From a bacterium (lineage in GTDB: Bacteria; Patescibacteriota; Minisyncoccia; UBA6257; GWB1-50-10), in assembly GCA_021815205.1 (NCBI GenBank), contig JAKAHD010000004.1, positions 4,990-68,989 of the forward strand: a DNA stretch of 64,000 nt, in the 5' to 3' direction. The translations under genes and the position numbers were made by a program. This document shows positions 9,025-17,775 of the stretch, piece by piece (the first letter of the stretch is position 1; every line of letters starts with the position of its first letter). The notes beneath the pieces were generated by a model. That model worked only from the letters and a program-made list of their open reading frames with translations. It was not told the DNA's origin and searched no databases.

Positions 9025-10491
9025 ATGACTGCCCGTCGCTCATATCTCATTCTTGCCATAATTCTCGCAATAAGCGCGGTCCTGCACTTCGTGCGTATCG
9101 GAACTCCCGCGCGCACGGTGTTCGACGAGGCATATTTTGCAACCTATGCCGCGAATGACGCCGCGCACATTCCTTATTTCGACATCCACCCGCCGCTCGG
9201 AAAATTTCTCTTTTCGATTCCGCTCTTCTTTGATAAGAGTGGTTTGAAAAATGCCACCTACATCGAAAATTCGCGGACATCCGACGGAATGTTTATTACG
9301 AAAGAGACGAACGTGCCATACGGCAACTTCCCGTATGTTATAGAGCGTTCGATAAGCGCCCTGTTCGGGCTTCTCCTTATTCTTGCGGTATTCCTTTTCG
9401 TGCGCGAGCTTGCGGGGAATCGCGCCGCGCTCCTTGCGGCATTTTTTGTCGCGCTCGAAAACGCGCTCCTCCTCGACACCCGCCTTATTCTGATGGACGG
9501 TATGTACCTCTCATTCGGCTTCCTCTCGCTCTATTTCTTCTTCAAATCCAAAAACCAAACCAACAAAAAATGGCAAGAGGAGAAGTCTGTGGATCTATTA
9601 TCGAAAGTGGCCAATACCACCAAGAAAGTGGGTAAGACTTGGGCTAGCGCCCCGGAGCGCACACTTTCTCGGTGGTATTGGCCACGCAATCTATTACTAT
9701 CCGCGATCTTCTTCGGCCTCGCCATAAGCATCAAGCTCACGGCGATCGTCTTCGTAGACCCGATCCTCGCATATCTCTTTTTCCAAAACGCCTTGCTGCG
9801 GGAGAAATTCCCCTGGAAGATGCTCTTGAAATTTTTTGGCGTTGCGCTCCTTGTGTTTCTCATCCTCCTCGTCGGGATAAGCAACATTCTCTTTACTCCC
9901 CAGGAGCAACTCTCTGTTGTCGGCTCGCTCTTTAATCTTCCGGCCGCGCTTCATGACCCCTCGCTCCTTAAATCAGTTTTCTACCAACTCTTCGTGGGAG
10001 TGTCTGGCTATGTTTCTGGCGGCGCAAACCCAATGATGAGTCCGTGGTACGCGTGGCCCTTCATGATGAAACCGATGCACTTTATGTACGGTCCTGCGGG
10101 AGGGTATCTCCCTGCTGGCACACAGATCACGCTTCTCGGCAATCCGTTCGTCTGGCTCCTCTCTACGTTCGCCGTACTGCTCGTCTTATGGAAAAGTGTG
10201 CTTATAATCCTGAAACGCCTTCCGTCGGCGGGGGAGCGTGACGTACCGATTGCGGTACTTTTCGGGGGCTATGTAATATCACTGATCCCGTTCTTCACGC
10301 TCGTGCACCGTGCGACCTATCTCTACCATTACTTCCCCTCCCTCCTCTTCGCGATTGCGCTCGCGGCGATCCTTGTGATGCGCGCGCTCGAAGGAAAAAC
10401 AAAACATGCGAAGCTACTCGCGCTTGGCGCGATAGGAATTCTCTCGGTGTGGGGCTTCATTCTCGTCGCCCCGTACACCTACGGATTATAA
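9025..10491 (+). CDS. Dolichyl-phosphate-mannose-protein mannosyltransferase-like glycosyltransferase (PMT/GT39 family), polytopic membrane protein
   Basis: N-terminal motif VFDEAYFATYA...DIHPPLGK, diagnostic of the PMT/ArnT (GT-C) family, and about 11 TM helices. Contains an in-frame family B repeat insertion at 9633-9668. Confidence 0.7.
   Translation: MTARRSYLILAIILAISAVLHFVRIGTPARTVFDEAYFATYAANDAAHIPYFDIHPPLGKFLFSIPLFFDKSGLKNATYIENSRTSDGMFITKETNVPYGNFPYVIERSISALFGLLLILAVFLFVRELAGNRAALLAAFFVALENALLLDTRLILMDGMYLSFGFLSLYFFFKSKNQTNKKWQEEKSVDLLSKVANTTKKVGKTWASAPERTLSRWYWPRNLLLSAIFFGLAISIKLTAIVFVDPILAYLFFQNALLREKFPWKMLLKFFGVALLVFLILLVGISNILFTPQEQLSVVGSLFNLPAALHDPSLLKSVFYQLFVGVSGYVSGGANPMMSPWYAWPFMMKPMHFMYGPAGGYLPAGTQITLLGNPFVWLLSTFAVLLVLWKSVLIILKRLPSAGERDVPIAVLFGGYVISLIPFFTLVHRATYLYHYFPSLLFAIALAAILVMRALEGKTKHAKLLALGAIGILSVWGFILVAPYTYGL
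9633..9668. repeat. Family B repeat (GACTTGGGCTAGCGCCCCGGAGCGCACACTTT) inserted in frame in the PMT gene. It encodes KTWASAPERTL.
   Basis: The same sequence sits in frame in rsmA (22971-23003, also translated as TWASAPERTL) and intergenically at 36382-36414 (inverted). Confidence 0.7.
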
Positions 10492-10523
10492 GAAATCTCC
10501 ACGTCATCTTGGTAAAAATCTCT

Positions 10524-10558
10524 GCGTCATCCTGATCCGCCTTGGGCGGAGAAGGATC
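10524..10558. repeat. Family A hairpin repeat, copy 2
   Basis: GCGTCATCCTGATCCGCCTTGGGCGGAGAAGGATC. Confidence 0.7.
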
Positions 10559-10560
10559 TT

Positions 10561-10740
10561 TGCGTATCAGCATTTATCAGCCGTAATGTGTTATTAGTAT
10601 CAATCTGTGTGTTATATATCAGCGGCTATCAGCCAAAAATCAGCGGTAATCAGCGTCCGTCTTTTCACTCGTTATGTATCAGCATTGATCGGCGATAACC
10701 AATTCATTATCAGCATAAATCAGCACCGTTATAAAATAAG
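10561..10740. repeat. Family H: cluster of ~10 ATCAGC / ATCRGC hexamer repeats at irregular spacing (iteron-like)
   Basis: Nine exact ATCAGC copies plus variants in ~170 bp. A smaller cluster recurs at 59095-59140. Confidence 0.6.
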
Positions 10741-10772
10741 AAGTCCCGAACTCAATGTTGAGTTGGGACTTC
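10741..10772. terminator. Bidirectional rho-independent terminator (hairpin AAGTCCCGAACTCAA/TTGAGTTGGGACTT flanked by T/A runs)
   Basis: Located 8 nt downstream of the stop of minus-strand gene 10781..11608. Flanked by U-rich sequence on both strands. Confidence 0.55.
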
Positions 10773-10780
10773 GTTTAATT

Positions 10781-11608
10781 TCAATAATGATATTTGAGGT
10801 TGAGATCAACCTCACCGCTTACTGCCTTAACTTGATATTGGCAGTAGGTGGACCATTTCCCGTCTCTAAAACGGTACTCTGGTTTTATATCGGTGTACGT
10901 AGTGTCGTACACCATTTCCGCGCCCTTACCGCTATACCGGTAGGCTTTTATGTTCACCGGACCTGTAAGCCCGATGCCATATGTCGACCCCGAAGGCGGG
11001 GTGACGGTGGTCCATTCCCTATCAGTAAGATGATAGGAGATGGAATTTTCAGCGGGCGGTGTGGGAACCTGCTGGACCGGAGAAAAATCAGAGCGCTTAT
11101 CAAACGCCAACGCAAGACTATCGTAATATGCGCGTTTTGCACTTGATAATTCCGCCATCCTCTCAAGAGTTAGATTCGGCGTGTTCCTAATACCCACGAG
11201 TTCCTTATCTAACTTCGCCCTCAGAAGACTGTCATACCACATCCTCTGATCCTGCATCGAAACACTGCTTACTGTAGCGGGCATAATGGCACTAGCAAGC
11301 TTTCCGCGGTCCTGCTCCAAGCGGAGACTTGCCGCCTCCCTGATCTGCGCAAGTGGTTTGTAGGTCACTTCGTAGAGGATACCTACGCCAATCACAACCA
11401 CCGCAACAACAGCGAGGAGTTGATTTCCAGGGTGTCGTACACCACCCTCATCATGCGTACCAACGTGGTGCGCGAGCAGGTGATACACAACAGCGAGCGC
11501 GGCAACAACAACTATGTCGGCGATCTCTATGTCTACATCGCTCAACCTCCACCTGATAATAAGAATTGCAACTAAAAATATAAAACCAATAATTAATGAA
11601 CGTCTCAT
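10781..11608 (-). CDS. Hypothetical membrane protein (2 N-terminal TM helices; His-rich segment)
   Basis: Long ORF with TM helices. Last gene of a three-gene minus-strand operon. Confidence 0.45.
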   Translation of the reverse strand: MRRSLIIGFIFLVAILIIRWRLSDVDIEIADIVVVAALAVVYHLLAHHVGTHDEGGVRHPGNQLLAVVAVVVIGVGILYEVTYKPLAQIREAASLRLEQDRGKLASAIMPATVSSVSMQDQRMWYDSLLRAKLDKELVGIRNTPNLTLERMAELSSAKRAYYDSLALAFDKRSDFSPVQQVPTPPAENSISYHLTDREWTTVTPPSGSTYGIGLTGPVNIKAYRYSGKGAEMVYDTTYTDIKPEYRFRDGKWSTYCQYQVKAVSGEVDLNLKYHY

Positions 11609-11623
11609 TTCAGTCTCCTTTCA

Positions 11624-12154
11624 TTACGGTATAAATTTAGCAATGATCTTAGGACCAATCTCCACCAAAAATTCTGCGATTAACTCTGCCGGCAGAATTC
11701 TTTCTGTCCACTCCACAATTCGATCAATTGTGGTATGTCTATGCGGAGCCGTCACTGCAGGAGTAGCTCCTGCTAGTGCCGCTACTGGCGGTGCTGACGG
11801 GCGACGTCGAAGCGTCGCGGGTCTTTGAGCGATCGTCCTTTGAGCTATTCTCCATGAAATTCTTGCCTCATCCCAAAAACAGAACGGGGTGAGGACTATC
11901 CACGCTCCTAAAAACGAGAAAAACATATTCCACCAGAACCACGAGTGGTATGGGGGAACTAATTCTTTTGGGAGGAACCTTTCTTGAATTATATGCCTCT
12001 CAATAGGGCTCCCAAAGTTGAATGCGGCTACAATAAGGAGGATTATTGTTACAGTCCCCCATCCGAGCCAAATCCAATTATTAATTTCCGGTACCTTTAT
12101 CGCCCAGATCGCAACCACAACTAACAACGCGAGGGTTACAAAAATCTCTAACAT
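11624..12154 (-). CDS. Hypothetical membrane protein (3 TM helices)
   Basis: Hydrophobic helices and tight spacing to its neighbours. Confidence 0.45.
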   Translation of the reverse strand: MLEIFVTLALLVVVAIWAIKVPEINNWIWLGWGTVTIILLIVAAFNFGSPIERHIIQERFLPKELVPPYHSWFWWNMFFSFLGAWIVLTPFCFWDEARISWRIAQRTIAQRPATLRRRPSAPPVAALAGATPAVTAPHRHTTIDRIVEWTERILPAELIAEFLVEIGPKIIAKFIP

Positions 12155-12167
12155 TTTAACCTCCTAA

Positions 12168-12767
12168 TTAATATCCTTTAAACGTTCTCCGGAATTCCCC
12201 CTCGGGGAAACCGGTTACTAATATTGTTATTTCTTTTCTTTCTTTTTTGTCTAATGCAAATTCACGACGACAGTCGCCGTGAGCATCCGTCTTTGTGGAT
12301 ATGTGCTCCGACGCCGACTTATTCGAATAGACATAAATGTCTATCGGAACGTCAGCAAGATCTTTTCCGCTTTTTGTTGATGCAGAGATAATAATTTCCA
12401 CCTTGTCATCTAAAACAAGGGGAATTATTTTACATTCCGCTTCCTCGGTCGAGTCAGCGACTTTTGCAACAGCCCTCTGTTCTGAGACTGAAAACCCGGT
12501 ACCGATTAGCACCGCGCTAATCGTGTGTACTTTCCCCGCTTGCAATCCGAAGATGTCTTTTACGACTCTTCCGGTCGCGTTGAGCGGAGCGGGGGATCCA
12601 CTAGGAATCCCATCAAGTTCGAATTGGATCATACCAATCTGAACCGCGTTCTGGCCCCTCGTTACAACAGCGATAACTCGTTGTTTGTACGAAGTGCCGA
12701 TCAGCTCAGCATCAGTAGGAAATTCCAACCGCAATATTGTCGGTTGAGGTTGATTTTGATTTGCCAT
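12168..12767 (-). CDS. Hypothetical soluble protein
   Basis: 199-aa ORF with no TM helix. First gene of the operon. Confidence 0.4.
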   Translation of the reverse strand: MANQNQPQPTILRLEFPTDAELIGTSYKQRVIAVVTRGQNAVQIGMIQFELDGIPSGSPAPLNATGRVVKDIFGLQAGKVHTISAVLIGTGFSVSEQRAVAKVADSTEEAECKIIPLVLDDKVEIIISASTKSGKDLADVPIDIYVYSNKSASEHISTKTDAHGDCRREFALDKKERKEITILVTGFPEGEFRRTFKGY

Positions 12768-12941
12768 TTCGGCCTCCTTATTTTTTTAATTCTTTCAATT
12801 TCTTTCTTTTCAGCCGTTCAGAAATACTTACCCAATATTCAGCTTTTAATTTACTTGAGGATATTGTACCATATATGTATGAAAAAGTCAAACCTCGCCT
12901 AGGCCGCAAAAAGCGTATAGAATGAGGGGGAATAGAGGCGA

Positions 12942-13028
12942 GCGGGGGTGGCGGAATCGGCAGACGCGCGGGATTTAGGATCCCGTGGGAGCAATCCCTT
13001 GAGAGTTCAAGTCTCTCTCCCCGCACCA
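12942..13028 (+). tRNA. tRNA-Leu (anticodon TAG), type II with long variable arm, CCA encoded
   Basis: Acceptor stem GCGGGGG/TCCCCGC, anticodon loop TTTAGGA, long variable arm, T-arm GAGTTCAAGTCTC, 3' CCA. 87 nt. Confidence 0.8.
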
Positions 13029-13091
13029 AGGAACACGAATGTCGGTGAACACAAATGTCGGTTGCTAATAATACCCCCCACCGAATAAATT

Positions 13092-13125
13092 ACTAACTTA
13101 TCTGACGATCGTCAGATAAGTTAGT
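13092..13125. other. 34-bp perfect palindrome ACTAACTTATCTGACGATCGTCAGATAAGTTAGT (11-6-11 core), a candidate dif-like Xer site beside the xer gene
   Basis: Perfect dyad symmetry. A diverged but co-varying copy sits at 53651-53684. Confidence 0.4.
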
Positions 13126-13236
13126 TTTGTGGAAGCTTACCGCGCCCCATTCGCAGAGATAGGGGGTAACGGATGGAAGATTTGTGCACCCCCCTGCCCG
13201 CTGAACCCGTCGTGATGAAGCGAGTGAGGCAAAGCA

Positions 13237-14142
13237 TTATCCTTTCTTCTCGCGCCTTCTCCCGTGGAAAGTTTTATGCACCTCGCGGAGCTCTTTGTTC
13301 GTGAGGTGGGTGTAGATCTGCGTCGTCGCGATGTTCGCGTGCCCCAAGAGCGCCTGCACCGAACGGATATCCGCGCCATTTATAAGGAGATCCGTCGCGA
13401 ACATATGACGGAGCTGATGGGGATGCACCTTCTTTGGAATCCCCGCCGCGCGCGCATAGTGCGATACGAGCCGTTCGACGGAGCGGGGAGTGATGCGCCC
13501 CAAGGCGGTTCCTTTTTTGCTCACACTCACGAAGAGCGCCTCGTCCGTATCAATGCGCTTCGCGAGATAGCTCTTGATCGCGCGCTTCGCGTCTTCCGAG
13601 AGAAACACGATGCGCAGCTTGTCGCCCTTCCCGCGCACGGTAATCTCCCCGCGATCGAGATCGAGGTAGCGGGGGAGTGCGCATAATTCGGAAAGCCGGA
13701 GCCCTGTCGAGAAGAGCGTCTCGAGGATTGCCTTGTCGCGGAGACCGCGGAACGTATTCGTCTTCGGCGCCGCAACGAGCCGTTCGAGCTCGCCGTACTC
13801 AAGGGTTTCGATCTCGCGGCGCGATACCTTTGGAAGCTCGATCCGCTCCGGAGGAAGCGCTCTTATCCCGCGCTTCACAAGGTACTTCAGAAAGTTCCGG
13901 ATCGCGATTGCATAGTAGCTCTGCGTGATCTTCTTCAGATTCTTGTGCGAGAGGCGCACCCGGAATTCGCGCACCGCATTCTCCGTGAGGTCGGCAAGGT
14001 CCTCGAGTTTCATCTCACGAACAAAACGCGAGAGGTACCGTTCATAGTTCTCCCGTGTCTTCCACGATCGGTTCTTTTCGACCTCGAGATAATCCAAATA
14101 CTCCCGTATATACCTTTCTGTTTCGTGCGGCGCCATCGTCAT
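13237..14142 (-). CDS. xerC: Tyrosine site-specific recombinase, XerC/XerD family
   Basis: C-terminal catalytic motif HQLRHMFATDLL...LLGHANIATTQIYTHL. N-terminal SAM-like domain. Start taken at ATG (MTMAPHETERY) because the track ORF begins with TTG. Confidence 0.75.
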   Translation of the reverse strand: MTMAPHETERYIREYLDYLEVEKNRSWKTRENYERYLSRFVREMKLEDLADLTENAVREFRVRLSHKNLKKITQSYYAIAIRNFLKYLVKRGIRALPPERIELPKVSRREIETLEYGELERLVAAPKTNTFRGLRDKAILETLFSTGLRLSELCALPRYLDLDRGEITVRGKGDKLRIVFLSEDAKRAIKSYLAKRIDTDEALFVSVSKKGTALGRITPRSVERLVSHYARAAGIPKKVHPHQLRHMFATDLLINGADIRSVQALLGHANIATTQIYTHLTNKELREVHKTFHGRRREKKG

Positions 14143-14245
14143 CTTATTGTACCACCTGTCGCACAAGAAAACCTGCTGAAAAAGCCTTCTTTCTCTTGAT
14201 TATTTTCTCTACTTCCGCGGCGAGAGAAATCCTTCGGGGAATTTT

Positions 14246-14279
14246 CTTCTCCGCCTCATGGGCGGATCAGAATGACGAC
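14246..14279. repeat. Family A hairpin repeat, copy 3 (inverted orientation)
   Basis: CTTCTCCGCCTCATGGGCGGATCAGAATGACGAC. Confidence 0.65.
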
Positions 14280-14379
14280 AACAAAAAGAGCTGTCTCTTG
14301 GGCGCGGGGGCTACCCCTTACATAATTTAGTAGGTGAGGGGTGGACAAGTAAAAAACTATGTAGTAAAATCAATCCATA

Positions 14380-14643
14380 ATGCTCACGAAAAGACAGAAG
14401 CAAAACACCATAAAAGACCACCAGGAACACGCGACGGACACCGGATCGAGTGAGGTGCAGATTGCCCTACTCTCAAAGCGTATCAAATTCCTCGCGGATC
14501 ATCTGAAGAAGCACCCAAAGGATTTTCATTCGAGGAGAGGACTTCTTATGATGGTTGGGAAACGGCGCCGCTTCCTCCAGTACCTCCGCGATACCAATGA
14601 GAAGAAGTACGCGAGAATTTCGAAGAAGCTCGAGCTTGAATAA
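14380..14643 (+). CDS. rpsO: 30S ribosomal protein S15
   Basis: TGSSEVQIALLSKRI..L..HLKKHPKDFHSRRGLLMMVGKRRR.L.YL, the canonical S15 sequence. Confidence 0.9.
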   Translation: MLTKRQKQNTIKDHQEHATDTGSSEVQIALLSKRIKFLADHLKKHPKDFHSRRGLLMMVGKRRRFLQYLRDTNEKKYARISKKLELE

Positions 14644-14647
14644 CGGC

Positions 14648-15217
14648 ATGTCGTACTCCTCTCCGAATCAGCGCGTGGGCATCTTCGTGGACGCCCAGAA
14701 TATTTACCATTCGGCAAAAAATTTGTACCGCGCTCGCGTGAACTTCAAAGAGCTCTTGAGGGTGCTCGTGGGGGAGCGTGAGCTTATACGCGCCTTCGCA
14801 TACGTCGTGAAGAGCGATCCCGCAACGGGCGAGGATTCATTTTTCGAAGCGTTGAAACAAAGCGGTTTTGATCTTCGCACGAAAGACCTCCAAGTATTCG
14901 CGGACGGCTCAAAGAAAGGGGATTGGGACGTCGGCATCGCGGTTGATGCGGTACGTATGGCGCCCTCCCTGGATATCGTGATCTTGGTCACGGGCGACGG
15001 CGACTTCGTGCCCCTGATTGACTACTTGAAGTGGGGCATGGGAAAAGAAGTGCACGTCGCCGCGTTCTCGAGAACTGCTTCCGCAAAATTACGGGATGCT
15101 GCAGACGCGTTTATTGAAATCGAGAAAACCCCGCGCGCACTCTTGAAGATCAACCCGATGAGAAGCCAGAATACACAATCGCGTACTGCCTCCCGAAACA
15201 GTCGACGGCGAGGATAG
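14648..15217 (+). CDS. NYN/LabA-like (PIN-fold) domain protein
   Basis: VGIFVDAQNIYHSAK...VILVTGDGDFVPL, typical of NYN/DUF88. Start placed at MSYSS, downstream of the rpsO stop. Confidence 0.55.
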   Translation: MSYSSPNQRVGIFVDAQNIYHSAKNLYRARVNFKELLRVLVGERELIRAFAYVVKSDPATGEDSFFEALKQSGFDLRTKDLQVFADGSKKGDWDVGIAVDAVRMAPSLDIVILVTGDGDFVPLIDYLKWGMGKEVHVAAFSRTASAKLRDAADAFIEIEKTPRALLKINPMRSQNTQSRTASRNSRRRG

Positions 15218-15325
15218 TTGCTACGCAAAGCAAAGGACGAAACAAAAAATAACATCCCGCGAATTCCAGTTTTTTCATTCAAGTATTCGCATATCGGCAT
15301 TGTGATCGCCCAGGAGACGGTCACG

Positions 15326-17440
15326 ATGCGAATATACGAGTACGCAAATGATACGGACGGGCGCGCGGGACAACCTACGATGGATCTAGTAAAGAAAACG
15401 TATACCACGACCTTAAAGGGCGAGCCGATTACGCTCGAAACCTCGCGGCTCGCGGGAAAAGCGAACGCAGCCGTGATCGGGAAGTACGGCGACACGGTGG
15501 TCCTCGCGACCGTCGTGATGTCGAAGGAAAATAAGGGGGTAAACTTTCTCCCGCTTACGGTAGACTACGAAGAGCGCTTCTACGCGGCGGGAAAGATTAT
15601 CGGCAGCCGGTTCGTACGGCGCGAAGGAAGGCCGTCGGACGAAGCGATGCTCTCCGCGCGCCTCATCGACCGGACCTTGCGCCCGCTCTTTGATCCGCGT
15701 CTCCGCAGGGAGGTGCAGGTTGTGATCACGATCCTCGCCTACGATGAGGAACACGATCCGGATGTGATCGCGCTCCTCGCCGCCTCGACTGCGCTCGCGA
15801 TCTCGGACATCCCGTGGAACGGGCCGGTGGCGGGCATAAAGTTCGTATCACCTAAAACGGAGTCCTCGTTCGGTTACCAGACATTTTTCTCGGGTACAAA
15901 GGACTTTGTAAACATGATCGAGTTTGAGGGGAAGGAATTTGCCGAGCGCGACGCCGAACGGATTTTTACCGAGGCGCATGAGGAGATCAAAAAACTCATC
16001 GAATTTCAAACGGGCATCATCAAAGAAATCGGGAAATCAAAGGCGGATGTGGCGCTCGCGGAACCGAATCCGAGCCTTCGCCACACGGTTACCGAATTCC
16101 TGAAGGACGAAATCGAAACCGCACTCGCTGAAAAGCGGGTTGAGGAACTCCAAGCGAAACTCTTCGAACACCTTAAGGCCCAAGGAGAAGAAGAAGAATC
16201 ACTCAAGATCGCTGAAGTAGTCTTTGAGGAAGAAGTGGATCGCTTCGTGCACGAGCTCGCCATTAAAAAAGGAAAGCGCGTTGATGGACGGAATTTAAAC
16301 GAGGTGCGCGATCTCTACGCCGAAACGGGACTCTTCCGCCGCACGCACGGCTCGGCGCTTTTTGTGCGCGGCGAGACGCAGGTCTTGTCGGTCACGACGC
16401 TCGGCACGCCTGCCGCGGAACAGCTTGTGGAGACCATGGAGACGACCGGCACGAAACGTTTCATGCTCCACTATAACTTCCCGAGTTTTTCCGTGGGCGA
16501 GACGGGGCGATCAAGAGGACCGGGACGCCGGGAGATAGGCCACGGCACTTTGGCATTCAAAGCGATCAATGCCGTCCTCCCGAGTGAGGAGCAATTCCCC
16601 TACACGATCCGCATCGTCGCGGAGACGCTTTCCTCGAATGGTTCTTCTTCGATGGCGACGACGTGCGCCTCATCCCTCTCCCTAATGGACGCGGGCGTGC
16701 CGATCGAGAAACCGGTCGCGGGCATCGCGATCGGGCTCATGAGCGACGAGAAGGGAAACTATAAAATCCTTACCGATATCCAGGGGCCGGAAGATCATTA
16801 CGGCGACATGGACTTCAAGGTGGCGGGCACGAAGGACGGCGTGAACGCGATCCAGATGGACGTGAAGATCGGCGGCATTACGCTCCAAATTTTCCGCGAG
16901 GCGCTCGCCGCGGCGCGCGAAGCGCGGCTTCATATTCTCGAAACCATGAACGCGATACTCCCCGAGCCGAGAAAAGAACTCTCGCCGTTCGCGCCGATGA
17001 TCACCACCTTGCACATTCCTCCCGGAAAGATCGGGGAACTTATCGGCCCCGGCGGAAAAACAATCAACGGCATCTTGGCGCAAGCGGGTAATAAAGTGAC
17101 GATCGATGTCGAACAGGATGGGCGCGTGTTTGTCGCGGGGACCGATGCGGCGCTCGTCGCGAAAGTCGTGGGGCTTATTGAGCAAATTTTCCACGAATAC
17201 CGTGTGGGAGAAGTTGTCGAGGGGCCCGTGGTGCGCATCTTGGAGTTCGGCGCGATCGTTGACCTCGGGGGCGGGAGAGACGGCATGATCCATGTATCCG
17301 AACTTAAAAACGGATTCGTAAAGAAGGTGGAAGATGTGGTGCATGTGGGCGACCGGGTGCGCGCGAAGATCATCCGGGTGGAGGAAGGAAAGATCGGGCT
17401 TTCGGTGCGCCAACTCGAGGAGGGAGAAAAGGCAAGGTAG
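15326..17440 (+). CDS. pnp: Polyribonucleotide nucleotidyltransferase (PNPase). The start is ambiguous between ATG 15326 (good SD) and ATG 15380 (better N-terminal homology).
   Basis: Two RNase PH domains, plus C-terminal KH and S1 domains (GKIGELIGPGGK...; GEVVEGPVVRILEFGAIVDL). Confidence 0.9.
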   Translation: MRIYEYANDTDGRAGQPTMDLVKKTYTTTLKGEPITLETSRLAGKANAAVIGKYGDTVVLATVVMSKENKGVNFLPLTVDYEERFYAAGKIIGSRFVRREGRPSDEAMLSARLIDRTLRPLFDPRLRREVQVVITILAYDEEHDPDVIALLAASTALAISDIPWNGPVAGIKFVSPKTESSFGYQTFFSGTKDFVNMIEFEGKEFAERDAERIFTEAHEEIKKLIEFQTGIIKEIGKSKADVALAEPNPSLRHTVTEFLKDEIETALAEKRVEELQAKLFEHLKAQGEEEESLKIAEVVFEEEVDRFVHELAIKKGKRVDGRNLNEVRDLYAETGLFRRTHGSALFVRGETQVLSVTTLGTPAAEQLVETMETTGTKRFMLHYNFPSFSVGETGRSRGPGRREIGHGTLAFKAINAVLPSEEQFPYTIRIVAETLSSNGSSSMATTCASSLSLMDAGVPIEKPVAGIAIGLMSDEKGNYKILTDIQGPEDHYGDMDFKVAGTKDGVNAIQMDVKIGGITLQIFREALAAAREARLHILETMNAILPEPRKELSPFAPMITTLHIPPGKIGELIGPGGKTINGILAQAGNKVTIDVEQDGRVFVAGTDAALVAKVVGLIEQIFHEYRVGEVVEGPVVRILEFGAIVDLGGGRDGMIHVSELKNGFVKKVEDVVHVGDRVRAKIIRVEEGKIGLSVRQLEEGEKAR

Positions 17441-17464
17441 AAGATTTGCGCCTTATATCTCTTC

Positions 17465-17560
17465 ATTTGAGCGCTCCAAGCGCGCCTGCCTGCGCAGGCA
17501 GGCTAGCCCAAGCCCCCACATCTATGGCATAGGTGTGGGGGCAAGTCTTACTCTTACTCC
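17465..17560. repeat. Family B-related composite repeat (GCGCTCCAAGCGCGCCTGCCTGCGCAGGCAGGCTAGCCCAAG...CAAGTCTTACTC)
   Basis: Shares its core with 61281-61333 and 36382-36414. Confidence 0.55.
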
Positions 17561-17606
17561 GAGAGGTGCAGCAGCTGCTCTTTAAGTCTCGCTCCGCATT
17601 TTTTCA

Positions 17607-17702
17607 TTCTCCTTCGCCTGAATACCTCGCCGCGTGCGATGATGATGAGGGGGGTTGGCTTCGGACGAATTCCAATACCGCACCGCGTGCGGTGCGGTAT
17701 CT
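17607..17702. repeat. Family C repeat (TCCTTCGCCYGAATACCTC...GCGTGCGATG ... GGTTGGCTTCGGAYGAATTCCRATACCGC), short form
   Basis: A long form lies at 53857-54082 and a half copy at 43477-43519. Confidence 0.6.
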
Positions 17703-17775
17703 TTGTTGGGTGGATTTAAGTGGGTTTTGAACTATCCACACTTTCAGAAAAGTGAAGGTGGTATAATAAAGGTAT

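Noticed and set aside
12942-14166. tRNA-Leu adjacent to a tyrosine recombinase as the boundary of an integrated genomic island
   Set aside because: The recombinase is XerC/D-like rather than phage-integrase-like. The genes on the 3' side of the tRNA are core (rpsO, pnp). No direct repeat of the tRNA 3' end was seen. The dif/Xer interpretation is preferred.
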